From Candidatus Nanoarchaeia archaeon (GTDB lineage: Archaea; Nanobdellota; Nanobdellia; SCGC-AAA011-G17; VGLX01), in NCBI GenBank assembly GCA_038884815.1, contig JAWABC010000010.1:1-18760 (forward strand): 18,760 nucleotides of DNA, in the 5' to 3' direction. The notes under the pieces were generated by a model. It had not been told where the DNA came from, made no database searches, and saw only the letters and a list, made by a program, of their open reading frames with translations. The position numbers and the translations under genes were made by a program. Shown here piece by piece: positions 14,564-18,760 of this stretch. The stretch's first letter is position 1. Each line of letters starts with the position of its first letter.

Positions 14564-15559
14564 ATGAAAGAGGATAAAGTTGTTAAGGAAGAAAAAAAGG
14601 AGACGAAGAAAAAGAAGGAAGAGCTTACTATTTATGACTTACCTGGTGTCGGTGCTGCCACAGCAGAAAAGTTGCTCGAGGCTGGCTATTCTGATTTGAT
14701 GTCAATTGCCGTGGCTTCTCCTGGCGAGCTTGTGGAGGTTGCGGGTGTTGGCGAGGCTGTTGCAAGGAAGATGATTAATTTTGCAAGGAATTCTCTTGAC
14801 ATGGGTTTTGAGTCTGGTGATGAGTTGCTGCGGAAAAGACAAAATATAATCAAGATTACTACAGGAAGCAAGGCGTTGGATGCTTTGCTTGGAGGCGGCT
14901 TTGAGTCTGGTAGCATTTCTGAGTGTTTTGGTGAGTTCGGTGCAAGCAAGTCACAGATTGCCCACGCATTGGCTGTTAATGTTCAACTGCCAAGAGAGAA
15001 AGGAGGTGCTGAAGGTACTGCAATATTCATAGATGGTGAGTCAACTTTCAGGCCCGAGCGTATAATGCAGATTGCTAAGGCAGCAGGTTTAGACCCTCAC
15101 GAAGCTTTGAAGAACATAAAGGTTGCTCGTGCTTTCAATTCAGACCATCAGATGCTTCTTGCTGAGAAGGCTGAGGAGCTGATTAAGGAGAACAACGTTA
15201 AGTTAATCGTGGTTGATTCTTTGACTGCCCATTTCAGAGCAGACTTTACTGGCCGTGGTCAGCTTGCTGACAGGCAGCAGAAGCTTAACAAGCACATGCA
15301 CACTTTGATGAGGCTTGCTACTAAGTATAACCTTTGTGTTTATGTTACCAATCAGGTCATGGCAAAGCCAGATGTTTTCTTTGGTGACCCCACAGCTGCC
15401 ATCGGTGGTAATATTGTGGGCCATAACTCTCAGACAAGGGTCTATTTGAGAAAGGGGAAGAAAGGAACCAGAGTTGCTAAGCTTATTGACAGCCCGCATC
15501 TTCCTGATGGTGAAGCGATATTCCAAGTGACTGAAGAGGGCATCAAGGACGTTGACTGA
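14564..15559 (+). CDS. radA: DNA repair and recombination protein RadA
   Basis: 331 aa. N-terminal HhH domain [19 protein letters not shown]...[12 protein letters not shown], core [45 protein letters not shown], Walker [37 protein letters not shown]. Confidence 0.97.
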   Translation: MKEDKVVKEEKKETKKKKEELTIYDLPGVGAATAEKLLEAGYSDLMSIAVASPGELVEVAGVGEAVARKMINFARNSLDMGFESGDELLRKRQNIIKITTGSKALDALLGGGFESGSISECFGEFGASKSQIAHALAVNVQLPREKGGAEGTAIFIDGESTFRPERIMQIAKAAGLDPHEALKNIKVARAFNSDHQMLLAEKAEELIKENNVKLIVVDSLTAHFRADFTGRGQLADRQQKLNKHMHTLMRLATKYNLCVYVTNQVMAKPDVFFGDPTAAIGGNIVGHNSQTRVYLRKGKKGTRVAKLIDSPHLPDGEAIFQVTEEGIKDVD

Positions 15560-15578
15560 TTTTTTCTTTTTTTAATTT
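15560..15578 (+). terminator. T-rich archaeal-type terminator after radA
   Basis: gattttttctttttttaattt immediately follows the radA stop. Confidence 0.4.
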
Positions 15579-15584
15579 AGAAAA

Positions 15585-15593
15585 TTTTATAAA
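15585..15593 (+). promoter_or_regulatory. Probable TATA box for the 170-aa orphan
   Basis: TTTTATAAA centred about 33 nt upstream of ATG 15623. Confidence 0.45.
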
Positions 15594-15622
15594 CCTCTTA
15601 CTATCCGCCGTTGTGTCCAAAA

Positions 15623-16123
15623 ATGAAAATATTCAGGTCTAAACACAGCGAATTTCACGTATCAGACGACTTGATTAAAGAGTTTGAAGAGGATGTTGGT
15701 TGTTTTGATGAAGATCTAAACATCGAAATGGTTTTAGAAGATTTTGTTAAAGGTGACATAAAGGAGTATGTCAGTTTATATTCAAAACTTAGCGGGTTGA
15801 AAGGGTTTGGTTTGTTGTATGCCCACGGACAGGAAAGCGTTAGGGGGTGGCGTTATACCGATAAGGGTAAATCTTATAGCGTTCAAGGTTGGGTAAACAA
15901 TATGGATGGTAGATTCAATGCTTTGGTTATAGATGTCTGTAACCCAAACTCAAGAGGGGTGCATTCAAAAAAGTCTCTTATCATAGCCCCCAATCAGATT
16001 TACTCAAGTTTGAGGCAGGACATCGGTGATGTTCAAGTAGAACTTTTTGTTCCTAAAATAGGTTACCTTGATAGCTACATCTTTGAAGAAGAATTGGAAT
16101 CGTTGAGAAGGAAGATAAGTTAA
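15623..16123 (+). CDS. Hypothetical protein with HG...DxC motif pair
   Basis: ATG 15623 (MKIFRSKHSEF) fits TATA spacing better than the tracked TTG 15611. Contains GLLYAHGQESVRGW and ALVIDVCNPNSRG. Confidence 0.65.
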   Translation: MKIFRSKHSEFHVSDDLIKEFEEDVGCFDEDLNIEMVLEDFVKGDIKEYVSLYSKLSGLKGFGLLYAHGQESVRGWRYTDKGKSYSVQGWVNNMDGRFNALVIDVCNPNSRGVHSKKSLIIAPNQIYSSLRQDIGDVQVELFVPKIGYLDSYIFEEELESLRRKIS

Positions 16124-16651
16124 CTACCACTTCTCTTTTCTTATTTTTAAGTAAAATGCTAAATGATTTATTGCTATGTGCCCCAAAGGGCTTATAATCA
16201 AAATTATAATCATGTAAGTTATCGGTGGTATAAAAATTATAAAACTAAATAATAAGCCAAAAACTATGAAGTCGATCTGGTCGAAAGGTATCCACGGCTT
16301 TCCTGACTCTATCCCAATCCTTCTTTTGAAGAAGCTTTCAAACATATCACCAAACATAGCTCCGAATCCCATCAATGCTCCAAGCAGTATAGAAATCCCA
16401 AGTTTATAATCAAAAATGCTTATCATTCTAAAACTTTCAAACCCATAAAACCGATATTGTAGAAGCGTTATTATGATTCCAAAAACCACACCCATAACAA
16501 GCCCTCTAAATGTTTTGTTCTTTCCCAGTATTGGTTTTCCTTTCCATGTTTTTCCAAAGTCTATTGGCTTTACCAATGATGGCAGTATTTTTTTTGTTAT
16601 TACTGGCGCCATGTTTGCAAAATATATGGGTGCAGCATAATATGCTGCCAT
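16124..16651 (-). CDS. carS: CDP-archaeol synthase (CTP:archaeol cytidylyltransferase)
   Basis: 175 aa membrane protein: AAPIYFANMAPVI, PIDFGKTWKGKPILGKNKTFRGLVMGVVFG, GFGAMFGDMFESFFKRRIGIESGKPWIPFDQIDFIVFGLLFS. Confidence 0.93.
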   Translation of the reverse strand: MAAYYAAPIYFANMAPVITKKILPSLVKPIDFGKTWKGKPILGKNKTFRGLVMGVVFGIIITLLQYRFYGFESFRMISIFDYKLGISILLGALMGFGAMFGDMFESFFKRRIGIESGKPWIPFDQIDFIVFGLLFSFIIFIPPITYMIIILIISPLGHIAINHLAFYLKIRKEKW

Positions 16652-16676
16652 CAGAACTTCTTTGAAAGTTATTATT

Positions 16677-17174
16677 TCAGATCACCTTTTTTATCCTTAT
16701 TGGGCTTATGAAAAGTATTCCTATAACTAAAATAACAAAAGTTATGTATGGTAACCTTATAAAATACCATAAGGGTATTATCCAACCTGCATTTGTTATA
16801 GGCAGTCCATTATAATAATCTTTCATTTCTGTAATGTTAAATCTTGCAAGTCTTAATGCTCCTGCGCATACGAAAAACACGAGTATTATAAGGGTTAGTA
16901 TTGAATAAACCTCAGCTTGGTAGACAAAAATTGCCGGTGCAACACCAAACGAAACTAAGTCACAAAGGCTGTCCAGCTCTTTCCCAAAATTTCCCTCTCT
17001 TCTCATCATCCTTGCTACTCTTCCATCAAGGAAATCAAGGAATACCGCTGCTATCATCATCGTTGCAGCTGTGTTAAAGTCTTTTTTTATGCTAAAGATT
17101 ATGCTTAATACTCCCAATGTCAAATTACCTAAAGTAAGAAAGTCCGGTGCCTTTACTAGTTCTTTATATCTCAT
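16677..17174 (-). CDS. CDP-alcohol phosphatidyltransferase, probably archaetidylserine synthase
   Basis: FLDFLDGRVARMMRREGNFGKELDSLCDLVSFGVAPA matches DGxxAR..G..G..xD..D. The LVSFGVAPA context is typical of PssA-like enzymes. Confidence 0.88.
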   Translation of the reverse strand: MRYKELVKAPDFLTLGNLTLGVLSIIFSIKKDFNTAATMMIAAVFLDFLDGRVARMMRREGNFGKELDSLCDLVSFGVAPAIFVYQAEVYSILTLIILVFFVCAGALRLARFNITEMKDYYNGLPITNAGWIIPLWYFIRLPYITFVILVIGILFISPIRIKKVI

Positions 17175-17253
17175 CTTTTATTCAGTTGAGAACAGTAAAG
17201 ATTATATACTTTATTAAATTTTTTACTATTACAAAACTTAGGAGGTTTTTAAA

Positions 17254-17505
17254 ATGAATGATTGGGGATTGATTGTTTTTCTGCTTGTTATTGCGATGAT
17301 TTGGAGCTTGATTTGGAAGGGCATTGCTTTGTGGAAGTCTGCTAGACATGGTCAGACTGCTTGGTTCGTTGTTTTGTTAATACTAAACACAGTTGGTCTT
17401 TTGGAAATAATATACTTAGCCTTCTTCCAGAAAAGACCTCCTGTTCAGAAGTTTGCTAGGCCAGCTCCTGCAATGCAGAAGAGACCTGTTAGAAGGAAGA
17501 AATAA
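17254..17505 (+). CDS. Small membrane protein, DUF5652-like
   Basis: SD GGAGG upstream. NDWGLIVFLLVIAMIWSLIWKGIALWKSARHGQTAWFVVLLILNTVGLLEIIYLAFF followed by a basic tail. Confidence 0.75.
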   Translation: MNDWGLIVFLLVIAMIWSLIWKGIALWKSARHGQTAWFVVLLILNTVGLLEIIYLAFFQKRPPVQKFARPAPAMQKRPVRRKK

Positions 17506-17574
17506 TTTTTATTTATTTTCATTACTTCATTTTAGAAACAAAAACTTAAATATGGCATTTTGTTTAATTTCTTT

Positions 17575-18435
17575 GTGAAACAAAAAGTAAAGAGGGTTGT
17601 GGTATTCTTTCTGCGTTTTTTAGGAGTAATTCTTATCTCAATTCTAAACCCGTGGGGTGGCCACGCACTTTCAGATGAGATGCGTATGGTGTTTTCTTTC
17701 ATAGGTGTTTTGTTTGCTATCCTTTCAGGATTTTTTATTTCTTCTTTGTGGGACAGATTTACTAAGATAAGGGCTTTGCTTTCTTCTGAGAGCGGCAGCT
17801 TGGAGAACATTTACGAATTTTTAGGTCTGGTTGACAAGAAGCTTGCTGATGAGTCCGCTAAGCTCATAGACAAATACATCATGAAAGCTTTGGAATCTAA
17901 GTTTAGCGAATATCAGGAAAAGTTGAGGCCTGAGTATTTTGCTTTTTATAGTCTTTTGAGTAAAATCAAGGGTAAGGGTGGTGATGTGCCTTACACCAGG
18001 ATATTGAATATACTTGACCATTTCACAAGGACTAGGAAGGAGATAATTGCAAGGATGAAGGACCGTATTGGTTTATACCAGTGGATTGCTCTTTTGTTGC
18101 TTTCTTCACTTCTTATAACACTATGGTTGTATATTCAGCCTCCTGGAATTTTTGGGGTTATAATAGGTAGCATATTTATCTTTGCTGTGCTGGTTGTCCT
18201 TATAGTGATTCATGACTTGGACAGGTTGGTGTGGAGCGGGAGAAAAGTTGCTACAGAAGTTTACGATATGGACATAGAAGTCTATGAGCGTGTCTATGAT
18301 GTTATAGGGCTTCCAAGGTACTATCCTGAGGAGTTGTTTGATAAGAAAGCCATTCCTGAAGGTGTAAAGCTTGTAAGGGTTGGTATCCCACAAAAGAATA
18401 ATAAAAGAAAAATAAAAATTTTTAGGGTTAAGTGA
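17575..18435 (+). CDS. Membrane protein with four predicted hydrophobic segments, unknown function
   Basis: TM-like LGVILISIL, FIGVLFAILSGFFISS, WIALLLLSSLLITLWLYI and VIIGSIFIFAVLVVLIVI. Loosely resembles DUF4239-type topology. GTG 17575 lies about 26 nt after TATA-like CTTAAATAT, so it is preferred over the tracked TTG 17560. Confidence 0.65.
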   Translation: MKQKVKRVVVFFLRFLGVILISILNPWGGHALSDEMRMVFSFIGVLFAILSGFFISSLWDRFTKIRALLSSESGSLENIYEFLGLVDKKLADESAKLIDKYIMKALESKFSEYQEKLRPEYFAFYSLLSKIKGKGGDVPYTRILNILDHFTRTRKEIIARMKDRIGLYQWIALLLLSSLLITLWLYIQPPGIFGVIIGSIFIFAVLVVLIVIHDLDRLVWSGRKVATEVYDMDIEVYERVYDVIGLPRYYPEELFDKKAIPEGVKLVRVGIPQKNNKRKIKIFRVK

Positions 18436-18436
18436 T

Positions 18437-18529
18437 TGCCCCCGCTGGGATTTGAACCCAGGCCTCAAGCTTTTTGCAAATTGATTAATTCCGCAAGCTC
18501 GTATACTATCCAGGCTATACTACGAGGGC
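18437..18529 (-). tRNA. tRNA-Arg (anticodon GCG) with a 19-nt intron at position 37/38
   Basis: Reverse complement GCCCTCGTAGTATAGCCTGGATAGTATACGAGCTTGCGG[AATTAATCAATTTGCAAAA]AGCTTGAGGCCTGGGTTCAAATCCCAGCGGGGGCA. Acceptor GCCCTCG/CGGGGGC, T-arm CTGGG TTCAAAT CCCAG, anticodon stem CGAGC/GCTTG, loop TTGCGGA after splicing. Confidence 0.88.
18472..18490 (-). other. tRNA intron (19 nt)
   Basis: TTGC/GCAA forms the 4-bp central helix, AAA the 3' bulge and a GG(A) region the 5' bulge. Cutting after the second bulge nucleotide gives the canonical 37/38 position. Confidence 0.75.
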
Positions 18530-18760
18530 TCAGTATGTAGCTATTATTGTGCTTCCTGCTTTTACTTTTTGGTTTTTCCTGACTTTTAAATCTATTGATG
18601 TCGGCATTATTATAACTACCTGCGAACCAAGATTTATCCTTCCTATCCTCTCACCTGTTTTTATCTCCTGCCCTTCTTTTGTCCAGCACTCTATCCTTCT
18701 TGCAACAAGCCCTGCTATCTGTATTACCTTTATTCTTAATTTCCCTTTAATAAGAATTTC
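18530..18760 (-). CDS. Phosphatidylserine/archaetidylserine decarboxylase, C-terminal part (5' end lies beyond the window)
   Basis: Manually translated, not in the ORF track: EILIKGKLRIKVIQIAGLVARRIECWTKEGQEIKTGERIGRINLGSQVVIIMPTSIDLKVRKNQKVKAGSTIIATY*. IQIAGLVARRI, GERIGRI.LGS and VKAGSTIIA are typical of PSD-family C-termini. Confidence 0.87.
   Translation of the reverse strand, partial: EILIKGKLRIKVIQIAGLVARRIECWTKEGQEIKTGERIGRINLGSQVVIIMPTSIDLKVRKNQKVKAGSTIIATY

Noticed and set aside
14686-15526. Minus-strand ORFs antisense to radA
   Set aside because: radA is unambiguous; these frames are antisense by-products.
18121-18468. Minus-strand 115-aa ORF
   Set aside because: Begins within the tRNA-Arg (FKSQRG.. 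from the T-arm) and is antisense to the membrane protein gene.
18437-18529. Call as intron-lacking or alternatively spliced tRNA-Cys(GCA)
   Set aside because: Requires splicing at a non-canonical 35/36 position. The TTGC/GCAA helix and AAA bulge favour the 37/38 intron and anticodon GCG.

Overview
This 18.76 kb window looks archaeal. Support: RadA recombinase, CDP-archaeol synthase (CarS), a CDP-alcohol phosphatidyltransferase, the C-terminus of a phosphatidylserine/archaetidylserine decarboxylase, SD motifs of GGAGG/GGGGGTGAT type, TTTATAAG-type TATA boxes, and a tRNA-Arg with a short intron flanked by a bulge-helix-bulge-like structure. The protein style (DUF5652-like protein, MopE-type Cys/Asp repeats, many short conserved orphans) resembles DPANN archaea, but that placement is inference. 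The left side holds the adenine deaminase C-terminus, tRNA-Pro(CGG), a YbaK-family protein and an NAD-dependent sugar epimerase. The most interesting part is a co-directional block (~2.57-14.05 kb). It encodes a secreted MopE-like Cys-rich protein, a small orphan, a PIG-L/LmbE deacetylase, a WbqC-family protein, a GNAT-DegT/AHBA-type aminotransferase fusion, a 1411-aa secreted modular protein, a GH18-like membrane-tethered TIM-barrel protein, and a processive family-2 glycosyltransferase. The 1411-aa protein has five 63-aa 8-Cys repeats, two duplicated discoidin-like modules, one degenerate and one intact NodB-like deacetylase domain. Synthase, deacetylase and glycosidase-like genes side by side suggest an archaeal analogue of Pga/Ica-type amino-sugar polymer synthesis and modification. 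The right side holds radA with an altered P-loop, a small orphan with HG...DxC motifs, archaeal phospholipid genes and the intron-containing tRNA-Arg(GCG). All calls were made by eye from sequence and motifs; no database search was run.
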